64,000 nucleotides of DNA from Octopus sinensis (GCF_006345805.1 NW_021832998.1:1-64000), one strand, 5' to 3'. Shown: positions 41,058-54,705, numbered from the stretch's first letter. Numbers and translations: made by a program. Notes: generated by a model from the letters alone, not told the origin.

Positions 41058-41058
<1 letters not shown>
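40727..41058 (+). mobile_element. CR1-clade LINE 3' end with 3'UTR and (AAAAATC)n tail
   Basis: Translation RYCDSLGFRGPQLFNILPKNLRDLHGVDADVFKVGLDVFLSGVPDEP is a typical CR1 ORF2 C-terminus. Confidence 0.75.
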
Positions 41059-41152
<94 letters not shown>

Positions 41153-41161
41153 ATATACATA

Positions 41162-41223
<62 letters not shown>

Positions 41224-41408
41224 CCACAACACACATAATATATATATGTGTGTATATAATATATATAATATATATAGATATAATATATCTATATATTATA
41301 TATCTATAATATATACACACATATATCTATATATATATGTATATATATATATATATTATATATATATCTATAGCCACCTATATATATATAATATATATAT
41401 ATGTATAT

Positions 41409-41500
<92 letters not shown>

Positions 41501-41985
41501 CACATACATATATAAAAAGAAACTGCGCGTACATATCTTAGAAGCAGCGCTACGGATGTACCAATACACACGAGATTGAGACATGGCCGCCCTCACGCAC
41601 TTCTCATGAGGAATTCCAGAAGGAGCTTCGTGAGACTACTGCAGAGACACTTCCGGAAAAAAAAAAAGAAGTCAGTAACCGTTGGAAAACCGATCATAGC
41701 AGTGACTCGATCAATTCCTAGCGATGTCTGAAGAAGGATTTTTATATTCCGAAATATTATATCAGACTATGAATAATTAAATTCTAACAGTTATTATAGT
41801 CTACTCCGCATTGTTGTACCATTCAAGACACGTGACATTTCACAAACAGCTTCTTTTAATTACCGTCTTGTGCATATTTCCACACATATTTTATTCGATT
41901 TTTTAGGCGTGTTTTAAAAATCTTTTCTTTTAAATATGTTCGTTGAAACCGACATAAAGTCGGATAAATCCATTAATGATAAAAT

Positions 41986-42300
41986 GATAAAATAACTTAG
42001 CGGTTCACCAAAGAAGATCGATAAAATAACTTAGCGGTTCGCCAAAGAAGATCGATAGAATAACCTAGTGGTTTAACAAACTAGATCGATAAAATAACTT
42101 AGCGCTTCGCCAAACGAGATCGATAAAATTACTTAGCGTTTCGCCAAAGAAGATCGGTAAAATAACGTAGCAGTTCGCCAAAGGAGGTCGATAGAATAAC
42201 CTAGTGGTTCGACAAACCAGATCGATAAAATAACTTAGCGGTTCGCCAAACAAATCGATAAAATAACTTAGTGGTTCGCCAGAGAACATCGGTAAAATAA
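41986..42300 (+). repeat. 34-bp minisatellite, about 9 units (GATAAAATAACTTAGCGGTTCGCCAAAGAAGATC)
   Basis: Contiguous tandem units without spacers. Confidence 0.9.
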
Positions 42301-43343
42301 AATGAAGAACAACAAAACAGTAATATGCAATTGAAAAGACGTAACTCGAAACGACGTAAGTTGAGTTATGCGTGTATTTAGTTTCATTTCTCTATATTTT
42401 TTTTGTTCTGATCGTATCAGGGTTTATTTTGCTTCGAAAAACGTATCATCTACCCACCATATTATATTGGTTCGGGTTCACTCAACTGTAACCTTTCCAC
42501 CCCCACCCACCGTTGCCTATACTCATAAAATGTCTAACCATATGCCAATTCAAAGAGACTATAATTATACACGCAATCACGCTATGTCAAAAGATCAGAG
42601 ACCCGTTGCCATTTCTTGCTATACACACTGAGAACACGTGCCGAGCATGACGCCGCTTCCTGTACACGATCGCTGTTATTATTCGCGAGCAATTGACGTG
42701 GCCTGATGCAGATATGGTCACTTGAACACGATGCGAGCCGTTGAACGCGTGTTATAGACATTACACATGATAGCTTGTCTTAGTCAGCCAACTTCCATCC
42801 TTATTTATTTATATATTTATTTATTTCTGTTTTCTGCCCTTGTCTGTAGCTTTCCGTTGTTATGTGTAAGCGTAATTCCACAGTAGGTCCTTGCCCAAAT
42901 GCAGAAGTTTGCTTGTCACGTAGTTGAGATCAACTTAAACAAGTAGACAGATGTCATGGTGTCGAGAGATCTGTCAAATATTTCTAAACAGCATTTGACA
43001 GGAAATACGAAAACATTACAATGGAAAAAAATCATTCAAATTTAGCAGCTCGGTAGCTGTCCCTTATGAAAAGGGGGGAAAAAAAAAAAAGAAAAATTGT
43101 TAGTGTCATCACCCTAAGGATTGTTTCAAGTTTCGGCACAAGACGGGCAATTTCAGGGAATTGGGGAAGAGTAGATAAGCCGTGTTCGGCCGGGACTTGT
43201 TTTATCGACCCCCGAAAGGATGAAAGGCAAAGTAGACCTCGACATAACATTTTAGGGTAAATACCCAAACGCCGAGGATGCTGCTGTAACCCATTCTCCA
43301 AATGCAGGAGTCGGGTCTCTCACCGGGTGGTGAAGCAGTTCTG

Positions 43344-43530
43344 TATTTTATCAATCTCCTTTGGCGAAATGCTAAGTTATTTTATCGATGTCCGTTGGCG
43401 AACCGCTAGGTTTTCTTATCGATCTCCTTTGGCGAACTGCTAAGTTTTTTAATCGATCCGATTTTGCGAACCGCTAGATTATTTTATCGCTCCCCGTGAC
43501 GAACCGCTAGGTTATTTGAACGATCTCCTT
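43344..43530 (-). repeat. Same 34-bp minisatellite in inverted orientation, about 5 units
   Basis: Reverse complement of the 41986-42300 unit. Confidence 0.85.
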
Positions 43531-44076
43531 CCACCGCGACAACAAGAGCTTCTCAGTGCCACCTGCCAATGTAGGTGACAAAACCCCAAACACACCGCCA
43601 GCTTTGTTGAGTAAGATGTTGCGACCCTGGGCCGGATGTTTCTACCATTTTCAATGCTCGTTTTTGTTGCACCACTCATCCTCTCTCTTAAGGCACATGT
43701 AATGGCTTGCTTTCTCAGCGGCGTTTTGTTCGACGCTCTAACAATTTTCCAAGCTCGCTGCCTTCCATGTCTCAAGAATAAAATTCTGTTAATTTTTCGC
43801 CAATGGCTGTTGGAGTTAAGAAATCTGCTTTTAAACAATGTGACTTTGCGTTCGGTTCTGCTACCTGGTACCTTGGGCAATCTTCTTTGAGAATAGAACT
43901 GGGCAAACTAAGAATAAAATTCTATTGATTTGTTTCCTCCTAATGGTTGAAAGGTGAAGAAGCTTTCTTTGAAATCATATGGCTTTGGGTTCAAGTCCAC
44001 TTTGGGGAAGTACCCTCTTCTATAGAACCGGACCGACCAATGCCTTGTGAGGTTGAAGGAAACTGCAGAAGACCAT

Positions 44077-44110
<34 letters not shown>

Positions 44111-44393
44111 CACATGCACATGTACGTATTTATGTATGTGTGTGTATGTATGTATGTGTTTGTGCGTGTGCATGTGTGTATGCATGAACATGTACGTATA
44201 TACGTATATGTGCGCGCGTGTGTGTGTATGTATTTATCCACACACATGTATGTATGTATGTATGTATGCATGTGTGTGTGCGTGCGCTTGTGCGTTTCTG
44301 CTTGCCGCTTATTATTGGTCTTCAAGTTACACCACGTGACAACCGGGGTTTTTGTTTGTTTGTCAACGTTCTCACAACTAAACAGTTCAGCAA

Positions 44394-44459
<66 letters not shown>

Positions 44460-44460
<1 letters not shown>

Positions 44461-44995
44461 GCCCTGATGCAGTACCAGGCAGTGGCTCTCATGGCTTCTG
44501 ATCTTAACTGATTGGAAGTGTTATCATGTACATTGTTTTGTCTTGGTATAAAAGATGGGCTACAGCAAATATTCTGCTCAATACCACAGATTTGCTTGTC
44601 AGTTGTTTGACCATAACCAGTTGAGTATGTCCCTTAGTGGCTGACGATATGTGCATATCTGATCACGAGCAGAAGTAGCGGGGGAGCATCATAGCCATGT
44701 GTTGAGAGGGATTCTTTGGAGTTTGAATAATTCACCTCTGGAAACATGGGTGTTTCATTCAACATCCTTAAACAACCCTTATTCAAGGACCTTTTGAGCG
44801 GAATGGGCTACTCAACCTGAAGAAAATTCTAACTGGGCCCCACCTGCAAGGTCATGTGCTGTTTATCTTGATATGAGATCACCATGTCGTGCACATATGG
44901 TGTACCCTTATCAGACGTGTAGTCATGATGGGTATATTGGGCTTCGTATATTTTACCCCAGTGTCACTTTGATGGCATGAACTGCTCTCTCACTC
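44460..44995. mobile_element. Unclassified repeat of about 540 bp embedded in (TAA)n (second copy 54132-54682; terminal fragment about 35450-35510, opposite strand)
   Basis: Two highly similar copies 10 kb apart, each with TAA tracts on both sides. No ORF, tRNA head or TIR seen. Confidence 0.75.
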
Positions 44996-45052
<57 letters not shown>

Positions 45053-45063
45053 GATAATAATAA

Positions 45064-45138
<75 letters not shown>

Positions 45139-45149
45139 TGATGATGATG

Positions 45150-45207
<58 letters not shown>

Positions 45208-46172
45208 CAACAACAATAACGATAATAATAATAATGATAATAAAGATAATAATCAGGGAGACACGCTCTCTCCATTCTTTTTCGGCTTGGCATTGATGCC
45301 TTTAACTGACATACTAAACAGAACTGGATGTGGCTACAAATGTTACGACAAAATAATCAACCATTTCTTGTATATGGATAATCTAAAACTCTGTTGCAAA
45401 TGACAAACAGCTCTCTCCTTTTTCTTTCACTCTTCGCCTTTTCCTTCAATTAATCACGTGAAAGCGTTACAGGCGGGCTAAGCAAGGAAGGAAAAAGCCT
45501 AGTTAAAAAAAAAAATTACACATGTCATACACCACAACCTTTCCCTCCATCCCATTCCTCCAATCCCTCACCCTCAACTAATCACGTGGAAGCGTTACGG
45601 GTGGGCTAAGTAACGGAGTAACAAGCAGAATTATTATAAGATTACTTCATTTATTTTTTTATTTTTGTGGGGGTCTGTCACAGTATTGTTTGCACACTTC
45701 ATAATCCGTATTATTTATGCTTCAAAATTGAATTGAAAAGAGGCATTTCTCTCTGTATAAAACTGAGCACAAATACTCTGATGTCGTTAAAAAAATAAAC
45801 CAATGCATCACTTCCATGAAAAGTAATCTATTTTTCAATATATTCGTCCATTTTGTTTTGTTCTTTTTTTCCGCCGCCTTTTCTTCACTATTATTTCAAC
45901 GATGTTAATAGATATTTTCTAGGGTGCTGTGAAGAAGCGACCTCTATCTCAAATGAACTCAGTTCAACGTCCTTACACACTTATTATATTACATAACATT
46001 CACCATTTATGCCAATCGTTATTGGTTTCTTCTTGTTGATATTTCAATGAAGGTAAATTGATATTTTTCAGCGTTATGCAATGGCGATAACTGTCATTAT
46101 TCAAACTGATATTGCTTCCAATGATATCATCATCGTCGTCGTCGTTGTTGTTGTTATTATTATTATTATTAT

Positions 46173-47280
46173 GAAGGCGGCGAGCTGGCTGAAACGTTAG
46201 GACGCCGGGCGAAATGCTTAGCGGTATTTCACCTGCCATTACGTTCTGAGTTCGAATTCCGCCGAGGTCGACTTTGCCTTTCATCCTTTCGGGGTCGATT
46301 AAATAAGTACCAGTTATGCACTGGGGTTGATATAATCGACTTAATCCCTTTGTCCTTGTTTGTCCCTCTGTGTTTAGCCCCTTGTGGGTAGTATAGAAAT
46401 AGGTATTTCGTCTGCCGTTACGTTCTGAGTTCAAATTCCGCCGAGGTCATCTTTGCCTTTCATCCTTTCTGGGTCGATAAATTAAGTATTTAATTTATAA
46501 TCGACTTAATCCCTTTATCTCTCCTTGTTTATCCCCTCTATGTTTAGCCCCTTGTGGGCAATAAAGAAATAAAAAATATACTGTTTGAATAAGAGATAGG
46601 ATGGTCACAGCTGGAATGTCGTTGATCAGAGTTAGGAGTTGTTGATCATTGACTGACCAAGACCATGCTGCAGCAGCAATAATAACAACAATGACGGTAA
46701 CGCTGACGCTGACGCTGATGACGACTACGACGGTAGTAACGACTCTGAAATTACTTCTGCTTGATGGCAAGCGACCGCTTTGCCTTTCATTCTCTCGGGG
46801 TCGACTAAATAAGTACCAGTTACGTACTGGGGTCGATATAATCGACTTAATCCGTTTGTCTGTCCTTGTTTGTCCCCTCTGTGTGTATCCCCTTGTGGGC
46901 AGTAAAGAAATAGGTATTTCGTCTGAGTTCGAATTCCGCCGAGGTCAACTTTGCCTTTCATCCTTTCGGGGTCGATAAATTAAGTACCAGTTGCGTACTG
47001 GGGTCGATATAACCGACCGGCCCCTTCCCCTAAAATTTCGGGGCTTGTGCCTAGATTAGAAAAGAATATAAGGCGGCGAGCTGGCAGAAACTTTAGCACA
47101 CCGGGCGAAATGCTTAGCGGTATTTCGTCTGTCTTTACGTTCTGAGTTCAAATTCCGCCGAGGTCGACTTTACCTTTCATATTTTTGGGGTCGATAAATC
47201 AAGTACCAGTTGCGTACTTGGGTCGATCTAATCTACTGGCCCCCCTCGCCCCAAATTTCGGGTCTTGTGCCTAGAGTAGA
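46173..47280 (+). mobile_element. Cluster of family-A SINEs and concatemers
   Basis: At least five cores in tandem or nested arrangement. Confidence 0.85.
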
Positions 47281-47623
47281 CAAGATATTTACTGATGAAA
47301 AACAACTGGAAACACGTGGTGTTTTAATTCGGCAAGGGAATCGATATAAAATTCAATCAAGGAAAATAGTGAAGAGAGGAAACTTTAAATTGATTAAGAA
47401 GCAGTGATAAGAAAATTAGATAATGTATAGACTTGGAAATGCTTTATTAATGAGCTGTAAAGAATAGAATACAAACTCGAATGAAAAGTGTTTGGAAAGG
47501 AATACTATGAAGGTGCGTAGTCTAGATCGGGGTTTCGATTCCAATACCGGCAAACACTTCATTTCACGTTCTTTCAATTCATCAACTGTAATAAAAAGGA
47601 ATTTAAAGAAAATACTTAACGAA

Positions 47624-47782
<159 letters not shown>

Positions 47783-48554
47783 TATATGTGTGTGTATGTG
47801 TGTGTGCTTTGTCCACAGTAAGTATTTATAATTTCTGCGACTCCACGGTCTGTTTTTCCTTTTTCTCTCTCTCCCTCTATAATCCGCTTTATTTTCCGTT
47901 TCTCCTTTTCATTCTTTGCTATCCCCGTCTTTCTTCGACTCCCTACTATCTTTCGTTTCTTCTCCTTTCTCCACATTCCCTTTGTTTCTTTCGTCCATCC
48001 TCTCTCTTGTCCTCCTTCATCTCTGCATGTTTGCTCACTCGTGACTACAGGCCATTTCTCTCCCCTCTGTCTTTTCTGGACGCGACGTCCATCTAGTTGG
48101 ACGTCATTTCTCTCACCTCCTGACATTTTTTCTCTTCTACTATTTTCTTCTCTTCTATTTATTTTATATCCTTTCAAAATTTCTCTCAGGCATTCAATGA
48201 TTGTCTTCGTCGATTGTTTATTTCCTGTACGTCTACTCTGTTGCTGTTTGTTCGTTCGAAGCCCTAACTCTCCACAAATTTTATATTTTAAAAATCCATG
48301 GACGCTGCTGTATTAAAATGCCTTCCTTTCTTGTTTTTGAAAGCTCGAAATAGGAAGTAATAAACAGTCGACAACTGAGGAGGAGTTTGACTTCTTTTGC
48401 TATTTTCTCCCCAACTTGTCTCTCGTTATCTGTTTACGTATTTTTCACTCGTTGATTGATGACCTGCTCTTATTGTGTATTTTTTGGTATTTTGTCCTGT
48501 ACACTTAACTTTCGTATGTTCACGTGTTTTCCACTCGGTTGTGATGTCCTGTAC

Positions 48555-48656
<102 letters not shown>

Positions 48657-49438
48657 AAATTTATAGAAAAACAAAAGACGAAGACAGATGTATAAACAAC
48701 AAGCAAGTGTATTAGTTTGACGCTCGGAAAATGAAGAAGTCTTTTACGTTCGAGCCTACGCTCTTCAACAGAAAGGAATAAGGAAAAATAAACAGAGATA
48801 GAAAGCTTGAAAAAGAACATAGATTTGAGCGGTCTAGCATGGCGAAAATGTATGTATATATAAATATATATACACACATACACTTACACACACATATGCA
48901 CGACAGGCTTCTTTTAGTTTCCGTCAACCAAATCCGCTCACAATTTTTATTTTCGGCTCGGGGTTTTAGTAGAAGACACTTGCCGAAGGAGCGGCGCGGT
49001 GGGACTGATCTCAAGACCTCATGGTTGGGAAACATGCTTCTTACTACAAAACCACACCTAAAAACAAAAACAAAAAACCCCCAGAAAAAATCAAGACAGT
49101 TGAACAAAACGAGCTCTTGTTCCTCCCACGCACACCTGTAGTTTAACAGAAACAGGTAAAGCACAATGGCCTCTCCTTGTTCAACGTATGGATCCAAGAA
49201 ATAGCGAGGACAAAGATCAAATATTCCTTCAAACTGAAAATGGCTGGAGGTGGAGGGCGGGTGTAGGTGGGGTACGAGAGCGGAGGGTTGGGTCAGTTGC
49301 TCATTATTAAATCTCTGTAGCAACCTGGACAGGTGATCAGGACAAAGGTATAGGGAGGAGACGTGTAGTCACGAGGGAAGGTGTCACGATGAACTTACCA
49401 GTTCTGGTGAACTTCCACTAATTTCTTTTTATGTTCTA

Positions 49439-49839
49439 CTAGCAGTATCGCCCGGCGTTGCTCGGGTTTGTAAGGGAAATAACTATATAAGCATTTTTAG
49501 AGATGTAAAGTATAATAGCCATCTCAATATGGCTAACCACAAAGCGTGGGGGGGGGGGTTACTGTAGCTTTTTACGTTCTGAGATTTAATAATAAATTTT
49601 TAGAGAGTTACTTCCCTTATATAATAGCAAAAAATGCATTAAAAATGGGAAAAAATGATGGTAAATTTTTTTTAAAAATCGTAGACTCATCGTAGACGCG
49701 CGCTAATACCCAGAAGGGCTCGATATGAATCACGACTATAAGATACCCGGTTTTGGTTAAACTGCACCGCAAAATGTGGAAGTAGTTAGGAATCTAAATC
49801 GTAGGAGACAGACACAAACTTCACTTTTATATATAAAGA
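49439..49839 (-). mobile_element. Non-autonomous Helitron
   Basis: On the minus strand A|TC...CCCGAGCAACGCCGGG...CTAG|T. Confidence 0.85.
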
Positions 49840-50136
49840 TTTCCTGGTCCCGGATGGCATTTGCCATTGTTGTTTGTATTTTGTTTGCTTGTTTTCGGTG
49901 TAGTTGTTCTCAAAGATTTTCTTTGAGAGAGAGAAGGAGAGAGAGAGAGGTAGGGAGAGAGAGAGAGAGAGAGAAGGGGGGGACAATGTCTCTATTTCTT
50001 GTTAACATTTTGTCGAAGACAAACCGACGAAATGTATAAAAAGTAAACTTTTCTGCTGAGACTAAGTGAAAGAATTAAGATAAATTTGTCGCCTTTCATT
50101 ATAAGGACCCCCACATACAAACACACACGCAAATAT

Positions 50137-50167
<31 letters not shown>

Positions 50168-50284
50168 CACATACAGACACAGACATATACACACGCACAC
50201 GCACACAGACATACATACACAGAAATCGAGCTTGTTAAGCACATACCAAAGCTTGCACCGATGTTCCTTTATTCTTTTACTCTC

Positions 50285-50668
50285 TTCTATCTGTTTCAGT
50301 CATTTTGACTGCGGCCATGCTGGAGCACCACCTTTTCGTCGAGCAAATCGACTTATTCTTTGTAAGCCTAGTACTTATTCTATTGCTCTCTTTTTGGCGA
50401 ACCGCTAAGTTACGGTGACATAAACGCACCTGCATCGGACGTCAAGCGATATTGGGGTTGTGGGGGGACAAACACACACACATACATATATATATATATA
50501 CATATATGCGACGGGCTTCCTTCAGTTTCCGCCCACCAAATCCACTCACAAGGCTTTGGTCGACCCGAGGCTATAGTAGAAGACACTTGCCCAAGGTGCT
50601 ACGCAGTGGGACTGAACCCGGAACCATGTGGTTGGTAAGCAAGCTACTTACCACACAGCCACTGTTGC
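50285..50668 (-). mobile_element. tRNA-derived SINE family C (other copies about 5135-5700 +, 20020-20615 +, 56108-56605 +, 58752-59146 +, 63835-63960 -)
   Basis: Head GCAGGAGTGGCTGTGTGGTAAG, B-box-like GGGTTCAGTCCC, internal (TA)/(TG) microsatellite, tail GGCGGTGCTCCAGCATGGCCGCAGTCAAATGACTGAAAC. Confidence 0.85.
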
Positions 50669-51246
50669 ACCTATAATGGCTAAAACTAAAATGAGTGTGA
50701 GTGACATAATTTATGGAGGCTATGTGAGGAAGGGTGGAGATTACTACAAGACAAAACGGTAGATTCCGTTAGGAAACATATACACACATACATAAGAACG
50801 AATTGTTAGGCTTAAGACCTATTGTTTTTCTATTGCAGCTCATGTGATTAATGCTGTCAACTTCAAAGAAAGAAGCTTTGACCAAAGTGGTTCATTTATT
50901 AATTAATGTATTTTTAAAACAGGCAGTTTAAGGGTTTTACGTTTTAAATCCGTTTGAAGCCCGTTCAACATTATCTACAGGGTTATCGCCCTTAAGAAAT
51001 GCTGCGTAGTTTTATTTCTCTCGATAACCTTAACAACAATAACACCAATAAATAATAAAACCGTAGCAAAAACACCACCAATAAACAACGATAAGGATAA
51101 TAATAACAGTGATAACAACAACAACAACAACAACAACAATAATAATAATGATAATAATAACAAAGATAATAATAATAATAACAATAATAATAATAATAAT
51201 AATGATAATAACAATGATAATAATAATAATGATAATAATAACAATG

Positions 51247-51277
<31 letters not shown>

Positions 51278-51393
51278 TAATAATAATAATAATAATGATA
51301 ATAATGATAATAATGATAATAATAATAATGATAATAATAACAATGATAATATTAATAACGATAATAATAACAATGATAATAATAATGATGATG

Positions 51394-51454
<61 letters not shown>

Positions 51455-51456
<2 letters not shown>

Positions 51457-52790
51457 GGAAACGGGTGTAGCTTCCCCATGGGCTGATTAATGATACATCT
51501 AGTGATGGTGTCATAATAAACACACTGGTATTTGCAAAACCTGATAATTGCTACACCATATGAGTGACAATGAAAGAAACAAAATATTGTGAATAACGGT
51601 GGTAATGAAACTGAAGCCAATGATGGTGACAGTGTTACACCCGGAAGGCTTAGAGATTCTGGTCCGGTTCCAGCCTGTCGATATCCAGAAAGGGACCACC
51701 ACACACGGTGTAGATGGAATAAGCAAATTAATGCTGTGGTCATGAAGTGTTACTACCTGAGCAGCCCGGTAGATGAAAATAGTGATCAAATTAGGGGTTA
51801 TCGACAACGTATGTATGACCATAGGATAGAAAAGGGATTGTTTCAACTCACGGAACAGAGACTGTGATAAAGCTAGAGCAATATGAAAAAAATTATTGGT
51901 TCACAGAAGTAGAGCTCGAAGCTATCAAAAGACGGATCATGGAAAATAGCAGCAGTGATAACAATGAAAATACAGTTCTTACTAATAAGAGTAATCTCAT
52001 AGCACAGGAAAGGAGCAGTGGTAGATTACTTAATGAGAGACATATAAATGATCTAAAAGAAGACAATAAAACTAATGGGGATATTTGGGGGGGGGGGAAA
52101 TTGTCGATTAGATCGACCTCAGTACTTGACTGGTTCTTAATTTATCGACTCCGAAAGCATGAAAGGTAAAGTCGACCTCGGCGAAATTTGAACTCAGAAC
52201 GTAAAGACGGACGAAATACCTATTTCTTTACTACCCACAAGGGGCTAAACACAGAGAGGACAGATTAAGTCGATTATATCGACCCCAGTGCGTAACTGGT
52301 ACTTATTTAATCGACCCCGAAAGGATGAAAGACAAAGTCAACCTCGGCGGAATTTGAACTCAGAACGTAAAGACGGACGAACTACCGCCAAGCAGTTCGC
52401 CCGGCCTGCTAACGTTTCTGCCAGCTCGTCGCAATACTTGGTAATATCTATGATTAGGTAGGAGGCAAAGAGCTGCAGAAGATAGAAAAAATACAAGTTA
52501 CTAAAAGAAGTTGCAAAAATGTGGGCAATGTGGGGTAGCTGTCATCTCTGCAGTTGTAGGCAGATTGGGAGGGCTCACGTTTGAGAAATATGCGGGAGAG
52601 ATTGGAATTGACATGGAAATAGAACATGCTCAAAGAACTGCTCTACTGGGGGCAGTGAGGATTTTGAGATTGGTACTGGGCATCGTAGAAAGGGCCCCCG
52701 TGCGGTCTTTGACAAGAGGTTATTGTCCGTTCTAAGAGAATTAACCGGAGCAAGCAAGATCGAAAGCTCTCAGAAGATAAACAATAATAA
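51455..52790 (+). mobile_element. Internally deleted R4/Dong-clade non-LTR retrotransposon, interrupted by a SINE (about 52100-52430)
   Basis: N-terminal motif RWNKQINAVVMKCYY..GYRQRMY..GLFQLTEQRL*DKARAI*KNYWFTEVELEAIKRRI and C-terminal EIGIDMEIEHAQRTALLGAVRILRLVL; TAA-rich tracts on both sides. Confidence 0.7.
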
Positions 52791-53435
52791 CAACAATAAC
52801 AATAGTGATAATAATAATGATGATGATGATGATAATGGTAATGATGATGATGATGATGATGTCGAAGATGATGACGAAGATGATGACGAAGATGATGACG
52901 ATGATGATAACAATGTAGAAGTTGAAATGAAACTAGAGCAGCATCTCCAAATATGACTGCGATGTATATATATATATTTGAGGTGAATGGTAATGACCCA
53001 AATTCGTATTTGCACACACACACACACACACATATGGAGAGAGGGAGAGAGGGAGGAGGGAGAAAGTGTGAAGTTACATAAGGAACCAAGAGTAAAGCAG
53101 AAGAAATACATTCCTTTCGACTGCTTGAACATGTTAAAACAAATAGCTGGGCAGACATTGATTCAGTTGGGGAAGGTGAGATTTGTTATCGTTCCTCAGT
53201 AAGCAGAAAGAAGGCATTCGATAAAACCTTTGTTATTATTGCTTTGAATGCAATTTTTTTGATTCACATGCAATGAAATGAGAACGTTATCCCATGTCAA
53301 TAACATGTAGAGAAATGTGAAGAGAAGTAAGAAAAAAATAAGATGAGCAAAAATACAAAAGAAAGTAATAAAATTTAAGCCAAAAAGGAAGCATTCTGAA
53401 AATATGTTATTAAAAAGGTGTGAGGTTGTTCGCCT

Positions 53436-53765
53436 ATGATGTGCGTATGTATGTATGTATGTATGTATGTATGTATGTATGTATGTATGCATGTATGTAT
53501 GTATGTATGTATGCATGTATGTATGTATGTATGTATGTGTGTATGTATTATGTATGTATGTATGTATGCATGTATGTATGTACGTATGTATGAATGTATG
53601 TATGTATGTATGTATATATGTGTGTATGTATGTATGTGTGTATGTATGTATGTATGTGTGTGTATGTATGTGTATGTATGTATGTGTGTATGTATGCATT
53701 GTGTGTATGTATGTATGTATATATGTGTGTATGTATGTATGTGTGTGTGTATGTATGTATGTATG
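53436..53765. repeat. (TATG)n microsatellite, about 330 bp
   Basis: Directly visible. Confidence 0.97.
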
Positions 53766-53906
53766 TACCAGTTACGCACTGGGGTCGATACAATCGACTT
53801 AATCCCTTTGTCTGTCCTAGTTTGTCCTCTCTGTGTTTAGCCCCTTGTGGGTAGTAAAGAAATAGGTATTTCGTCCGTCTTTGTTGTTATCATCATATTT
53901 GTTGTT

Positions 53907-53952
53907 AACACAACGTTTCGGCTGATATACCCTCCATCCTTCATCAGGTGTC
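53907..53952 (-). ncRNA. Minimal hammerhead motif (same family as 55442-55487), one stem-II mismatch
   Basis: Minus strand GACAC CTGATGA A GGATG gagggtatat CAGCC GAAA C GTT GTGTT. Confidence 0.55.
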
Positions 53953-54002
53953 TTGAGGAAATTTCGAACCTGGGTTCTCATTCCTAAGGTATTTTGCGAT
54001 GT

Positions 54003-54131
<129 letters not shown>

Positions 54132-54705
54132 TTGCCCTGATGCAGTACCAGGCAGTGGCTCTCATGGCTTCTGATCTTAACTGATTTGAAGTGTTATCAT
54201 GTACATTGTTTGTCTTGGTATAAAAGATGGGCTACAGCAAATATTCTGCTCAATACCACAGATTTGCTTGTCAGTTGTTTGACCCTAACCAGTTGAGCAT
54301 GTCCCTTAGTGGCTGACGATATGTGCATCTCTGATCACGAGCAGAAGTAGTGAGGGAGCATCATAGCCATGTGTTGAGAGGGATTCTTTGGGGTTTGAAT
54401 AGTTCACCTCTGGAAACATGGGTGTTTCATTCACATCCTTAAACAACCCTTATTCAAGGACCTTTTGAGCGGGATGGGCTACTCAACCTGAAGAAAATTC
54501 TAACTGGGCCCCACCTGCAAGGTCATGTGCTGTTTATCTTGATATGAGATCACCATGTCGCGCACATATGGTTGTGATGCATGTGCCTGTTGTACCTTTA
54601 TCAGAGGGTAGTCATGATGGGTTATTGGGCTTCGTATATTTTACCCCAGTGTTCACTTTGATGGCATGAACTGCTCTCTCACTAATAATAATAATAATAA
54701 TAATA

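Noticed and set aside
41986-42300. CRISPR-like regular repeats
   Set aside because: Units are contiguous with no unique spacers, there are no cas genes, the context is eukaryotic, and the unit derives from a SINE.
43512-43890. Overlapping 122-aa and 84-aa ORFs in unique-looking sequence
   Set aside because: No recognisable homology or convincing splice signals; left uncalled pending a BLAST or RNA-seq check.
44953-45293. Poly-Leu, poly-Tyr and poly-Ile ORFs (also 50975-51743, 53196-53854, 53944-54174, 35357-35899)
   Set aside because: These are translations of (TAA)n, (TATG)n and other microsatellites, not genes.
47285-47325. CTGATGA..GAAACACGTG hammerhead-like string
   Set aside because: Stems I and II do not pair convincingly.
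48712-49323. 203-aa minus-strand ORF
   Set aside because: A composite of repeat fragments and microsatellite with no recognisable domain.
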